This document shows, piece by piece, positions 38,405 to 50,869 of a stretch of DNA of 64,000 nucleotides. Position 1 is the first letter of the stretch. Each line of letters begins with the position of its first letter. The stretch is from Leucoraja erinacea. Taxonomy: Eukaryota. Made by a program: the position numbers and the translations under genes. The stretch is taken from NCBI RefSeq assembly GCF_028641065.1, contig NC_073399.1:32736001-32800000 (forward strand), written 5' to 3'. A model generated the notes under the pieces. That model worked only from the letters and a program-made list of their open reading frames with translations, made no database searches and was not told the origin of the DNA.

Positions 38405-38720
38405 GGCGGCACGGTGGCGCAGCGGCACAGTCGCTGCCTTACAGAGCTTGCAGCGCCAGAGATACCGGCTCGATCCCGACTACGGGCTCTGTCTGCACAG
38501 AGTTGGTACGTTCTCACCGTGACTGCCTGGGTGTTCTCCGAGATCTTCAGTGTCCTCCCACACTCCAAAGACGTACAGGTTTGTAGGTTAATTGGCTTGG
38601 TATAAGTGTAAATTGTCCCTTGTGTGTGTAGGATAGTGTTGATGTGCGAGGATCGCTGGGCGGCACGGACTCGGAAGGCCGAAGGGCCTGTTTCCGCACT
38701 GTATCTGTATCTCTAAACTA
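38405..38720 (+). mobile_element. Near full-length HE1-like V-SINE
   Basis: GGTGGCGCAGCGG A box, B box, core and tail. Confidence 0.85.
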
Positions 38721-39345
38721 AAGCGGCAGTTGATGCATACTGGGAGCTCAATTGTAGATAGGACATATATAGTCAATGGCAGCACTAAGGAATATTGATG
38801 AACAGATAAACCTCTTTGTCCAAGTCCATTATTCCATCGGAGGAATTGATTGGGGAGATGCACAAATTCTTGCCCAGAGTAGCGGAAATCTAGAACCAGA
38901 GACCATTGGTTTGTGAGGGAGGAAAGATTTAATAGGAACTTGAGATGTAACTTTTTCACACAAAGGTGGGTGTATGGAACGAGCTGCTGGTAGAGGTAGC
39001 TGAGGCAGGTACTGTTGCAACGTCCAAGAAGCAATTAGACAGGTACATGGGCAGGACAAGTTGAGAGGGATATAGGCCAAACGCAGGCAAGTGAGACTAA
39101 TGTGGATGGGATATGTTGGCCGGTGTGGACATGGTGTTATCTATAATGCGCTGTCAGAGAAGGTGGTAAATTCAGATACCAATTACTACGTTAAGCACAG
39201 ACAGATTGTTCAGAGCCAAGCTTAGAAGGATACAGGCAAATGGAATTGGTTTAGTTGGACTAAAATGTTGGCATGGACATGGTGGGGCCGAAGACCCCTT
39301 ACTGTGCTGTACAGGTTTGTGAATCAATAACAATAGAGTTTATGA

Positions 39346-39533
39346 ATGATGTTTAAGAAGGAACTGCAGATGCTGGAAAATCGAAGGTACACAAAAATGC
39401 TGGAGAAACTCAGCGGGTGCAGCAGCATCTATGGAGAGTCTGAAGAAGGGTTTTGGCCCGAAACGTTGCATATTCCCTTCGCTCCATAGATGCTGCTGCA
39501 CCCGCTGAGTTTCTCCAGCATTTTTGTGTACCT
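39346..39533. mobile_element. Palindromic Penelope mini-element: inverted terminal-repeat arms around a hammerhead-like motif
   Basis: 52-bp perfect inverted repeat 39385-39436 / 39482-39533; 16-bp TSD ACAATAGAGTTTATGA (39330-39345, 39534-39549). Confidence 0.85.
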
Positions 39534-40397
39534 ACAATAGAGTTTATGATTTGATTAACTTGCCTGCCTCGGCAATGCCACCAGCATAATCAAGGTCGAG
39601 TCTTACCTCAGTGATTCCCTCTTTTCCCCACTCCCATAAGGCAAAAAGTACAGAAGTGTAAAAACGCACACCTTCAGATTCTTCTCAGCTGTTATCAGGC
39701 AACTGAACCATCCTACCACAATCAGAGAGCAGTCCTGAGCTACTGTCCACCTCATTGAAGATCCTCAGACCATCTTTATTCGGACTCTACTGGACTTTAT
39801 CTTGCACCAAACATCATTTCTTTTATCCTGTATCTGTACACTGTAGAGGGCTTGATTGTAATCATGTACATAAAGCCTTTCCGCTGACTGGTTAACATGC
39901 AACAAAAAGCTTTTCGCTCTACCTCATCAGTACACGTGACAATAAACTAAACTAAACAATAATAATATCTTACAGTTATACAAATGAGTGGTCAGAGCCT
40001 ACAGAGTTTTGCATACATCATGGTAAGCAAATATTGCCTTTTGAAGGCCATGCTGATTTACTGGAATAGACTGGATGCCCTGGATTGCAATTCCTTAAGC
40101 ATTGATAATTAGGAAACAATCCCATGGAAGTGGGCGAGATCAGGCATGGAAGTGATAGCATTGTTGGAAACACATTTATCTGGATGGGAATGTTTAACTT
40201 AGTTTAGTTTAGTTTATTGTCATGTGTGGAATGAAAAGCTTTTGCTGTGTGCTATCCAGCCAGCTGAAAGACAATATATGACTACATTTGAGCTATTTAC
40301 AGTGTATAGATACATGATAAGGGAATAATGTTCAGTGCAAGGTAAAGCCAGTAAAGTCCGATTAAAGATAGTCTGAGGGTCACCAATGGGGTAGGTA

Positions 40398-41024
40398 TTA
40401 GAAACATAGAAACATAGAAACTAGGTGCAGGAGTAGGCCATTCAGCCCTTCGAGCCTGCACCGCCATTCAATATGATCATGGCTGATCATCCAACTCAGT
40501 ATCCTGTACCTGCCTTCACTCCATACCCCCTGATCCCTTTAGCCACAAGGGCCACATCTAACTCCCTCTTAAATATAGCCAATGAACTGGCCTCAACCAC
40601 CTTCTGCGGCAGAGAATTCCAGAGATTCACCACTCTCTGTGTGAAAAAAAGTTTTCCTCATCTCGGTCCTAAACGATTTCCCCCTTATCCTTAAACTGTG
40701 ACCCCTTGTTCTGGACTTCCCCAACATCGGGAACAATCTTCCTGCATCTAGCCTGTACAACCCCTTAAGAATTTTGTAAGTTTCTATAAGATCCCCCCTC
40801 AATCTTCTAAATTCTAGCGAGTACAAACCGAGTCTATCCAGTCGTTCTTCATATGAAAGTCCTGCCATCCCAGGAATCAGTCTGGTGAACCTTCTCTGTA
40901 CTCCCTCTATGGCAAGAATGTCTTTCCTCAGATTAGGAGACCAAAACTGTACGCAATACTCCAGGTGTGGTCTCACTAAGACCCTGTACAACTGCAGTAG
41001 AACCTCCCTGCTCCTATACTCAAA
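40398..41024 (-). mobile_element. CR1 family A LINE 3' portion
   Basis: ORF 40593-40991 with CR1 RT C-terminal motifs and octamer tail. Confidence 0.9.
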
Positions 41025-42916
41025 TATTAATTCAAGACTGCTCTCTAATTGTGATAGGACGATTCAGTTGCATGATAACAGTTGGGTAGAAACAGTCTCT
41101 GAATCTGGAGGTGTGCGATTTCACACTTCTATACATTTGCCCAAAGGGAGTGGGGGAAGCGGCCAGGGTCCGACTCGTTCTTGATTATGTCGCTGGCCTT
41201 GCCGAGGCAGCACGAGGGAGAAACAAGGTCAATGGATGGGAGGTTGGTTCTTGTTTAAAACAAGAAGCCATGACTTAAAAGCATTTCTCGTCCAAGCAAA
41301 GAGGAAATCTAGAATTCTTTAATCAGAGTACTTCTGAAGATTTCAAATTTAACCATTTGAAATTTGAGATGAATGGATTTTATTAGGAATCGGTATCAAG
41401 GGTTATGGAACCAAAGTAAGTGGATGGGGTTAAGAAATGATTCAGCCATGAGGTTAAATATAATGGCAGGTTATGGAGGTCATGCTGGAACTGTTTAAAA
41501 CAGTAATTATGTTACAAATAGGAACCCCACGGGCAGGTTTTTCCATACACAGAGCGGTGGGTATATGGAACGAGTTTGAGTAACATTTAAAATGCCCTTG
41601 GACAGGTATTTGGATAGGAAAGGTTTAGATGGATATGGGCTAAATGTGGGCAAATGGTATTAGTTTAGATGGTGCAATTTGGTCAGTATGGATAAGTTGG
41701 GATTAAGGGCTCAATTTTGCGTTAAATGACTATCACCATAACTGAGAGCCACGGTATAGTTCTGGAAACTAAAAAAAGGGAAAATGACAAGTCCAGTAAC
41801 AAGCAAGAGTAGGAATTTAAGCAGAGCATTTCGTTATTTTCAATGTCTGCCTATGTCACCACTTTCAGGGATCCATGCATTTACATTCCAGGGTCCTGCC
41901 TTAAGTCTTCCCTGGTTTAACCTGCCAGTCCAAATCATTGCACTTGGGATAAAATTCAATTCTATCTGCCGTTCCTTGGGCTCAGTTTCCAAGTTGATCT
42001 ACATTCTGTTGTAATGTTAGATAACCCTTCTCACAGTCCATTATACCACCGATGTGTCACAACATGCTCCAGTGCTCAATATTAAAGAGAACATTAAACT
42101 ACTCAGTGAAGTAAGGTGGGATCCCAAGCTCCAATACTTTCTTCCTGTGTCAAACATAAGAAATATGCAGAAACACAAAGGAACTGCAGATGCTGGAATT
42201 TTGGGCAAAACACAGGGTGCTGGAGGAGCTCAGTGGGTCAGGCAGCATTTGTGGAGGGAAGGGATAGGCGACGCTTCGGGTCGAGACCCTTCTTTTAAAG
42301 AAAGATCTTGACTCGAATCATCGCTGGAGTTTGTACGTTTTCCCTGTGACCGTGTGGGTTTCCTCCGGGTGCTCCGGTTTCCCCCACATTCCAAAGACAT
42401 GATGATTTGTACGTTAATAGACCTCTGTAAATTGCCACTAGTGTGTAGGCACTGGATGCAGAAGTGGGATAACATGGGAAGTGGGTAGAGGTGGTGCGTT
42501 CGGCACAGATTTGGTGGCCGGAGTGCAGGTTTCTACGCTTCATCTTTCAAATCAATTCTATTCAATGTTCGAGGGGCATTTGGCCTATTTTACATGATCC
42601 ATCATTCAATACGATTTGTGGCTGATCTATGCGACACATTGGCGCAGTGGTAGAGATGCTGCCTTACAGCACCAGAGACCCAAGTGCAATCCTGACTACG
42701 GGTGCTGTCAGCTCAGAGGTTGTACTCTCTCCCCGTGACCGTGTGGGTTTTCTCCAGGTGCTCTGGCTTCCCCCCATGTTCCGAAAACATCCAGGTTTGT
42801 AGGTTCATTGGCTTTGGTAAAATTGTAAATTGTGTGTAGGATAGTATTAGTGTCTGAGGTGACCGCTTGCTGGCATGGACTCAGTGGGCAGAACAGTCTG
42901 GTTCCACGCTATATAT

Positions 42917-43357
42917 AAAAGCTCAGAGAATTGCTAAGGACAAACTGCACCCCCTCCACATACACCTGGATCTCCTGCCATCAAGCAAGAGATATCGAAG
43001 CATCAAAGCCCGGACTACAAGACTGCTAAACAACTTCCTACCACAGGCTGTGAGGCTGCTAAACAGTCACTCTGTACTCACAGTCACTTGATTCTGCGGC
43101 TGGAACGGACACTTTAATAACTGGCACTGGCCACTCAAATCAGCTGCCCCGGACATTTTTATGATTGGTTTATTGTATTTTAACATTGTGTTTTACCTGC
43201 TTTTAACTATTTATACTGTTCCATCAGGGACTGGATTGTTTTTAGTGTTATTATGTGTGAAATGTTTTAAATTTCATGTGCGATGCTCCACTATTCACTG
43301 GGAAACGTCTTTTCATTTTGCACTGTACAACTGTTGCTTGCAAGATGACAATAAAGG

Positions 43358-43417
<60 letters not shown>
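42917..43417 (+). mobile_element. Rex1-like LINE 3' end with (ATTG)n tail, inserted in a SINE tail
   Basis: HPLH..LLPSSKRYRSIKARTTRLLNNFLPQAVRLLN; TGACAATAAA followed by (ATTG)n at 43358-43417. Confidence 0.8.
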
Positions 43418-43418
<1 letters not shown>

Positions 43419-44402
43419 ATCTCCAAACTCTAGATTTAGCTTTCCTACATTAACCCCAGATGCCTTGATATGCTTCTTGTCTAAAATCAGTCAGTAATTG
43501 AGTTGACTGGGCCGCCATCGGCTTCTTTGGTAGAATTGTCCAAAGCAAAGTTTAACATATGGTGAGATTTTGACGGCGTTGGGCCTATTCTCTCTGGAGT
43601 CTGGCAGGATGAATGGGAGCCTCATTGAAAACTACTGAATAGCAAAGTGCCTGGATTGAGTGGATGTGGAGAGGATGTTTCCGCATGTGGAGAGGATGTG
43701 ACCAGTGGGCATAGCCTCAAGATAAAAGGACATACCTTTACAAAGGAGATGAGGATGAATGTCTTTAGCTAGTTGGTGGTGAATTTGTGGAATTCATTGC
43801 CATGGAGTGCTGTGGGGACTGTAATTGGGTATTTTTAAGGTGCAGAATATTGATTAGTAAGGGTGTCAAGGGTTTTGGGGGGTAGGCAGTAGAATGGGGT
43901 TGAGAGGGATAGATAGATCAGCCATGATTGAATGCCGGAATAGACTTGATGGGTCAAATGGCCTAATTCTGCTCCTATGACTTATGAACTTCACGGCCCC
44001 CCGGGAGATGACGTTCCTTACCCCCGTTGTCCTGAACAGCTGATTCCTGAACCTAGACGTGATGTCAGCACCAGATACATGAGCTGATTAGTGTTCTGTA
44101 ATTATCATTGCACACCACATCAAACGTTTGGGAGTTTTTCATGAGATCATCTCTCATTCTTGCAAACTCTCTCTCGAGGATCAATCCACTTAGCCTCACC
44201 AACAAAACCCTTCTCCCACGATAGACACAAAGTGCTGGAGTAACTCAGCGGGTCAGGCAGCATCTCTGGAGAAAAGGAATATGTGATATTTTGGGTCAGA
44301 CCCTTCTCCAGATGCTGCTTTATATCATCAACATCTGCAGTTCCTTCCTACACATTTTGCCTGCTCCCTAGAATCAATCTGGTGAGCTTTAGTATTAAAG
44401 TC

Positions 44403-44824
44403 GAAACATAGAAAATAGGTGCAGGAGTTGGCAATTCGGCCGTTCGAGCCTGTACCGCCATTCAATATGATCATGGCTGATCATCCAACTCAGTATCCTG
44501 TACCTGCCTTCTCTCCATACCCCCTGATCCCTTTAGCCACAAGGATCACATCTAACTCCCTCTTAAATATAGCCAATGAACTGGCCTCAACTACTTTCTG
44601 CGGCAGAGAATTCCAGAGATTCACCACTCTGTGTGAAAAATGTTTTTCTTATCTCGGTCCTAAAAGACTTCCCCTTTATCCTTAAACTGTGACCCCTTGT
44701 TCTGGACTTCCCCAACATCGGGAACAATCTTCCTGCATCTAGCCTGTCCAACCCCTAAAGAATTTTGTAAGTTTCTATAAGATCCCCGCTCAATCTTCTA
44801 AATTCTAGCGAGTACAAGCCGAGT
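44403..44824 (-). mobile_element. CR1 family A LINE 3' portion (donor of templated copy at 51320-52102)
   Basis: Family A 3' UTR and tail. Confidence 0.9.
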
Positions 44825-45579
44825 TAACAGGGGCAGCATAACGCTGCAGCTGGCGGAGCTGCCGCCCCACAGCGCTAGGGACTTGTGTTCGATCCTGATC
44901 TGGGGTGCTGTTTTTGTGGAGTTTGCATGTTCTCCCTGTGACCGCATGAGTTTCCTCGGGGTGCTCCGGTTTCGTCCCAAATTCCAAAGACGTACGGCTA
45001 TATAGGTACGTCCAAATCATTGCGTTTTGGTTCAAATTAATTTCTATCTGCCGTTTCTTGGCCCAGTTTATCTATGTCCAGTTGACAGCTTAGATAACCT
45101 TCCCCACTGTCTCAAATTCCAAATACCTACAGATTTGGAGGATAATTGACCTCTGTAAATTGCTCCTGGTGGTGTAGGGAGTGAATGCGAAAGTGGGATA
45201 ACATAGAACTAGGGTGAATGGGTGATACATGGTCATGGTGGATTTGGTTGGTCGAAGGACCTGTTGCTATGCTGTTTCTTTAAACATCGTTCCTCGGTCG
45301 GGAGACAAGGATTATACAGAATATTCCACCTTTGCTTAATTATATTTGATGGATGCATCTTTGTAAACACATCCTTCAGCAGTGAAGACCAATAGACTAT
45401 GTGCTTTCTTAACTGCTTGTTGCATAGACACATGTTTTCAGTGAGAAGTGTACAAGGATATCTAGGTCCCCCTTAATATCTTTCAGTCTCTCCCATTACA
45501 AAAGATGTTGTCTTCTTATTGTTGCCCCACCAAATTGGACAATGTCCCATCATGTCTATATTATATAAAGGAGGCCACT

Positions 45580-46240
45580 AGGGGCGCCGCATGAAGGCTG
45601 CCTCTGCCTACAGTCTGTCTGTATTTTCCCATCTTTTTTTATTTTTGTAGTTTGTTTAAAAGTATGTTGAGGAGGATTTGTTTGTTTTTCTATGTGGGGG
45701 AGAGGGGAGGGGGAAGGGGGAAAACCGTCTCTCAGTCGCCCCCTGGTGAGGATGTGACTATTCTCCGAGTCGTGTCCTCGCCCCCCCCTCCCCTCGCGGC
45801 CTACCACCTGGATTGGCGCGGCCTTTCCTGGATACATCGCGGAGCGGGGCGATACCTCTACTGGGATCGCCGTTTGAAGCTCCCAAGTGCTGGGCCTGCT
45901 GCACAACATCGCAGTGGTTTTGAAGAGCTTCCAGCGCAGGAGGCGCTGACTTGAGTTCCATCATCCTGGCGAGAGAACCTGAGCATCGGGCCACCCATAG
46001 CGGTGACTGTGGAGGGCTCGGGTGGTCCCGACCACGGGTGAACATCAACGAACATCACAGAGGAGAATGACTGAACTTTGGACCTTCCCTCACAGTAGCA
46101 AACTTTGATTCCGCTGTGCAGTGGATGTTTATGTCTATTGTGTTTTGTTCTTTGTTATTTGTATGGCTGTATGGTGTCCCCACATTTCACTGAACCAATT
46201 GGTGCATGTGACAATAAATGTCTCTTGATCTTGATATCTT
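45580..46240 (+). mobile_element. GC-rich hairpin-core retroposon copy
   Basis: 5' AGGGGCGCC, same block order, core CCTTCCCTCACAG..CTGTG..GGATGTTTATG at ~46083-46133, Rex1-like tail TTCACTG..GTGACAATAAA. Confidence 0.75.
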
Positions 46241-46605
46241 TATTTGTGATTAAATAGGATTTGGGAGATGTGAAGATTCCCTTTCATGCCTTCGTTCTTT
46301 CTTGTTCTACAATGTTGAAAACTCTATTCTTTACCTTGAACCTTGCCCTTGACTCTGCTTATTATACACGAGTTTGGCTCGATAATATTTATATACAGAT
46401 CTTATCTGATCTGATTGGACAGCACGCAAAACAAAGGGAGAGAAACGAGAGAGGGGGGGGAGAGGGAAACATAGAAAATAGGTGCAGGAGTAGGCCATTC
46501 GGCCCTTCGAGCCTGCGCCGCCATTCAATATGATCATGGCTGATCATCCAACTCAGTATCCCGTTCCTGCCTTCTCTCCATACCCCCTGATTCCTTTAGC
46601 CCTTT

Positions 46606-47047
46606 AGAGGGGGGGGAGGGAAAGTGAGAGAGGGGAGAGAGGGAAAGAGAGAGGGGGGGAGAGGGAAAAAGAAAAGAGGGCAGGAGTAGGCCAGCCCTTC
46701 GAGCCTGCGGGGGCTGAGGGCCTTCTCTCCAAAAGCCCTTTAGAGGGGGGGAGGGAAAAGTGAGGGGGGGGAGAGGGAAAGAGAGAAGGGGGGAGAGGGG
46801 AGAGAGGGAAAGGAGAGAGGGGGGGAGGGGAAAGAAAGGGGGGAGGAAAAAGAGAGGGGGGAGGGAATTGTGAAAGGGGGGGGGGGGAGGAGGGGAGGGA
46901 AGAAGAGCGGGGAAGAGAGGGAGGAGGAGAGAGGGGGAAGAAGAGAGGGGGGAGGGAGAGAGGGGGTGATTAACAGGGAGGGAAAGGAAGAAGGAAACGG
47001 GGAGGGGGTAAGGTGGAGAGGGGGTGTGGGGAGCGGGGAGAGAGGGG
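46606..47047 (+). repeat. Polypurine (G/A) low-complexity tract
   Basis: Almost pure G/A, with degraded re-reads of the adjacent CR1 tail; possibly low-quality sequence. Confidence 0.8.
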
Positions 47048-47053
47048 CAGCTG

Positions 47054-47756
47054 CAGGGCCGGATTTACGTATAAGCTAGACAAGCTTAATCTTAGGGCCT
47101 CGAGTTCTAAGGGGGCCTTACTCTCCTCTCTGCCTTACCGAACCCGTCGAACCTCTCCCCTCATTGATACCGAACGGTCTATCCTCAGCAGAGGCCTCAC
47201 CTTTGTCCCCCTCCGTTGATGATTCCTTTTCCCGTCTACAACGGACCCCCTCCTCTTGTACCCCCCTCACGGCCAATGAAATTTGGGGGTCACCATCTGA
47301 CGTTGGAACGGGACGACATTCTCAGCGGCTTGGACTTCCGAATCGGCCACTTCCTACCAGAGACCGCACCACCTGAAGTCCACAGGCTGAGCTGGGTGGA
47401 GATTCACGCTGGTGGCCCTCGGCAAAGGGTCCCCAGGGCTCCGCGATATTAAAATCAGCGCGGCCCGAGTCTGGGAGCTCCGCAAACCACAGCTCGGTGA
47501 TGTTGAAGCAGCAGGCCCAACGCTCAGGAGCTTTAAACGGCGATCCAGGTAAAGCATCGCCCGCTCCGCGGTGAATCCAATATGGATTTTAAAACCAACT
47601 GTTTAATGACAACATACAGTCGGATCTACAAGGGTCACACTGTCACTGTCGGGTAGTATGGTCCTCTAGTCGTGGGGGTGGGGGATTGGGGGGGGGGGGG
47701 GGGGGGGCTCACAAGTGAAATAGCTTAGGGCATCTCTTCACCTAAATCCGGCCCTG
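47054..47756. mobile_element. Non-autonomous hAT element carrying fragments of other repeats
   Basis: TIRs CAGGGCCGGATTTA / TAAATCCGGCCCTG; perfect 8-bp TSD GGCAGCTG (47046-47053, 47757-47764). Confidence 0.9.
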
Positions 47757-47889
47757 GGCAGCTGCGAATAGCAGCAATAAAGAGCAGAAAGAACTATTTA
47801 TTACTTAAGCTTATTACTTAACTATTTATTACGAACACATGAAGTCACAAAGAACTGTAGGCTGAACAAAATACAAAGTGTTGGGGAAC

Positions 47890-48700
47890 TGAGAGTACAG
47901 AGAAGGTTCACCAGACTGAGTCCTGGGATTTCAGGACTTTCATATGAAGAAAGACTGGGATAGACTCGGCTTATACTCGCTAGAATTTAGAAGACAGAGG
48001 GGGGATCTTATAGAAACTTTTGTATTGGACTGGCTAGTTCCCGATGTTGGGGGAGTCCAGGACAAGGGGTCACAGTTTAAGGATAAGTGGGAAATCTTTT
48101 AGGACCGAGATGAGAAAAACATTTTTCACACAGAGAGTGGTGAATCTGTGGAATTCTCTGCCACTGAAGGTAGTTGAGGCCACAGTTCATTGGCTATATT
48201 TAAGAGGGAGTTAGATGTGGCCCTTGTGGCTAAAGGGATCAGGGGGTATGGAGAGAAGGCAGATACAGGATACCAAGTTGGATGATCAGCCATGATCATA
48301 TTGAATGACGGTGCAGGCTCGAAGGGCCAAATGGCCTACTCCTGCACCTATTTTCGATGTTTCTATGTCTAACCCACCCTGTGCAGAACTAACAAACCTA
48401 CTTGCCAGAATGTTGGTCCCCCTCCAGTTAAGGTGTAACCCATCCCTTTTGTACAGGCCCCCCTTACCCCAGAAGAGATCCCAGTGGTCTATAAATCAAA
48501 ATCCTTGCCCCCTGCATATGCTCCTCAGCCGTACATTCAGATCCCCTATCTCCCTGTTTCTGCCCTCACCAGCATGAGGTACTGGAAGCAATCCAGAGAT
48601 AACCACCCTAGAAGTCCGGCATTTCAGCCTTCTTCCGAAATGACGGTGCAGGCTCGAAGGGCCGAATGGCCTACTCCTGCACCTATTTTCTATGTTTCTA
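47890..48700 (+). mobile_element. CR1 family A LINE with duplicated tail enclosing a 274-bp inverted copy of 25212-25485
   Basis: Tail 1 ends at 48367, insert 48368-48641, tail 2 at 48641-48700. Confidence 0.85.
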
Positions 48701-49050
48701 TTAACTCAGTGGGCCAGGCAGCATCTGTGGGGGGAATGGACAGGTGATAGTTCGGGTCAGGACTCTCCTTCAGACCGAAATGAACTTTCACTTCAGATAG
48801 ACACAGAATGCTGGAGTAACTCAGCGGGACAAGCAACACCTCTGGAGAGAAGCGAATGGGTGCCGTTTCGGGTCGAGACCCTCTGAGTCTGAAGAAGGGT
48901 CTCGACCCGAAACGTCACCCATCCCTCCTATCGAGAGATGCCGCCTGACAACGCCGAGTTCCTCCAACACTTTGTGATGAGTGTAGAGATCTGGCGCAGT
49001 TTCACCTAAAGCCGAGGTCAGGACGATATTCAGGAGTCTCCAGCCAACTA

Positions 49051-49647
49051 NNNNNNNNNNNNNNNNNNNNNNNNNNNNNNNNNNNNNNNNNNNNNNNNNN
49101 NNNNNNNNNNNNNNNNNNNNNNNNNNNNNNNNNNNNNNNNNNNNNNNNNNNNNNNNNNNNNNNNNNNNNNNNNNNNNNNNNNNNNNNNNNNNNNNNNNNN
49201 NNNNNNNNNNNNNNNNNNNNNNNNNNNNNNNNNNNNNNNNNNNNNNNNNNNNNNNNNNNNNNNNNNNNNNNNNNNNNNNNNNNNNNNNNNNNNNNNNNNN
49301 NNNNNNNNNNNNNNNNNNNNNNNNNNNNNNNNNNNNNNNNNNNNNNNNNNNNNNNNNNNNNNNNNNNNNNNNNNNNNNNNNNNNNNNNNNNNNNNNNNNN
49401 NNNNNNNNNNNNNNNNNNNNNNNNNNNNNNNNNNNNNNNNNNNNNNNNNNNNNNNNNNNNNNNNNNNNNNNNNNNNNNNNNNNNNNNNNNNNNNNNNNNN
49501 NNNNNNNNNNNNNNNNNNNNNNNNNNNNNNNNNNNNNNNNNNNNNNNNNNNNNNNNNNNNNNNNNNNNNNNNNNNNNNNNNNNNNNNNNNNNNNNNNNNN
49601 NNNNNNNNNNNNNNNNNNNNNNNNNNNNNNNNNNNNNNNNNNNNNNA
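49051..49647. other. Assembly gap (597 N)
   Basis: Run of N. Confidence 1.
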
Positions 49648-50869
49648 AACTGCTACAGTCGCCTCTGCCGTGAGCCCGTCATAACCACAACAAAGTGGCT
49701 TATATTCTGCAAAAAAAGCGTGCCCACTAACCGTCACCAGGCAGATGATGTATCCTCTGCCGGGTTTAATCCCCGCCGACCACATCCATCCTGAGCGATC
49801 GCACCTTCTCATTAAACCCGGTGCAGGGGGGTAAACACTGGTTTAAACACTTCGCCCACTCGCCTGCGGTTTCTGTTTCAGTTTGGAGATTCGGGAGCAA
49901 GCAATAACTATCGGTCCATGGGCGGAAAACAAAGCATTCTCTGCATCACAGTAGTCCTTAACCAACGTGGGGAGAGACTGCGTCAATTGTCTTAGTTAAA
50001 ATGTTTACACAAAGTGACCCAACAGGTCAGGCAGCATCTCTGGAGAAAAGGAGGAGGTGTCGTTTCGGGTGGAGATCTTTCATCAGGCACAGGGTCTCTG
50101 AAGAGTGGGGTCTCGACCCCAAACGTTACCTATTCCCTTTTCTCCAGAGATGCTGCCTGACCCGCTGTTACTCCAGCATTTTGTTGGTACACGCTTCGGT
50201 GTAAACCGGCGTCTGCAGTTTCATCTTACGCATAGTTAAAATGTTTTAAATTTTTGAATGATTAAAATGTATTTAAAAGAACGAATGACGTCAAAGAGGC
50301 AAACATACACAAATAAACGCAAACACTCAATATCCTGTAGCTCAAATGGAAAGTTGCACTTTGTCCCAGCCGCCAGGCTCTTGTTGATTTAAGGTCCAGC
50401 GATTGTCCTCCTGGTCGCGGGAGAGGGTTGCAGTCTGCAGCTTTCCTTGCCGATAGTTCCACACGGACCGCTGAAAAATAACGTGGAGGACCCACTGTGG
50501 AGGACTCCGGGGTTAGAGGAAAGATAGCTGAGTTTATAACTATATAGTCAGACTGCACAGAAACAAGTCCTTCTGCGCGACTTGCCCATGCCGACCAACA
50601 TGTCCCATCTGTGCTAGTTCCACTTGCCTGCATTTGGCCCGTATCCCTCTAAACCTATCCTATCCATGTAACTGTCCAATTTTGTTTGAAAGTTGGTTAA
50701 GTGCCTGCCTCAAGTCCCTCCTCCTCAGATCGTTCCATACACCCACCACCCTTTGTGTAAATAAATCCCCTCAAGTTCCTATTAACGCTCCCCCTCCCCC
50801 CTCACCTTAAACCTACCTCCTTGATTCCCCTACTTTGGATAAACAAAACTCTGTGAATTTACCCTCTCC

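Noticed and set aside
46606-47047. G-quadruplex or triplex regulatory element
   Set aside because: It contains garbled re-reads of adjacent sequence, suggesting sequencing or assembly noise; function cannot be supported.
49048-49812. 254-aa ORF
   Set aside because: Mostly N; an artefact of the gap.
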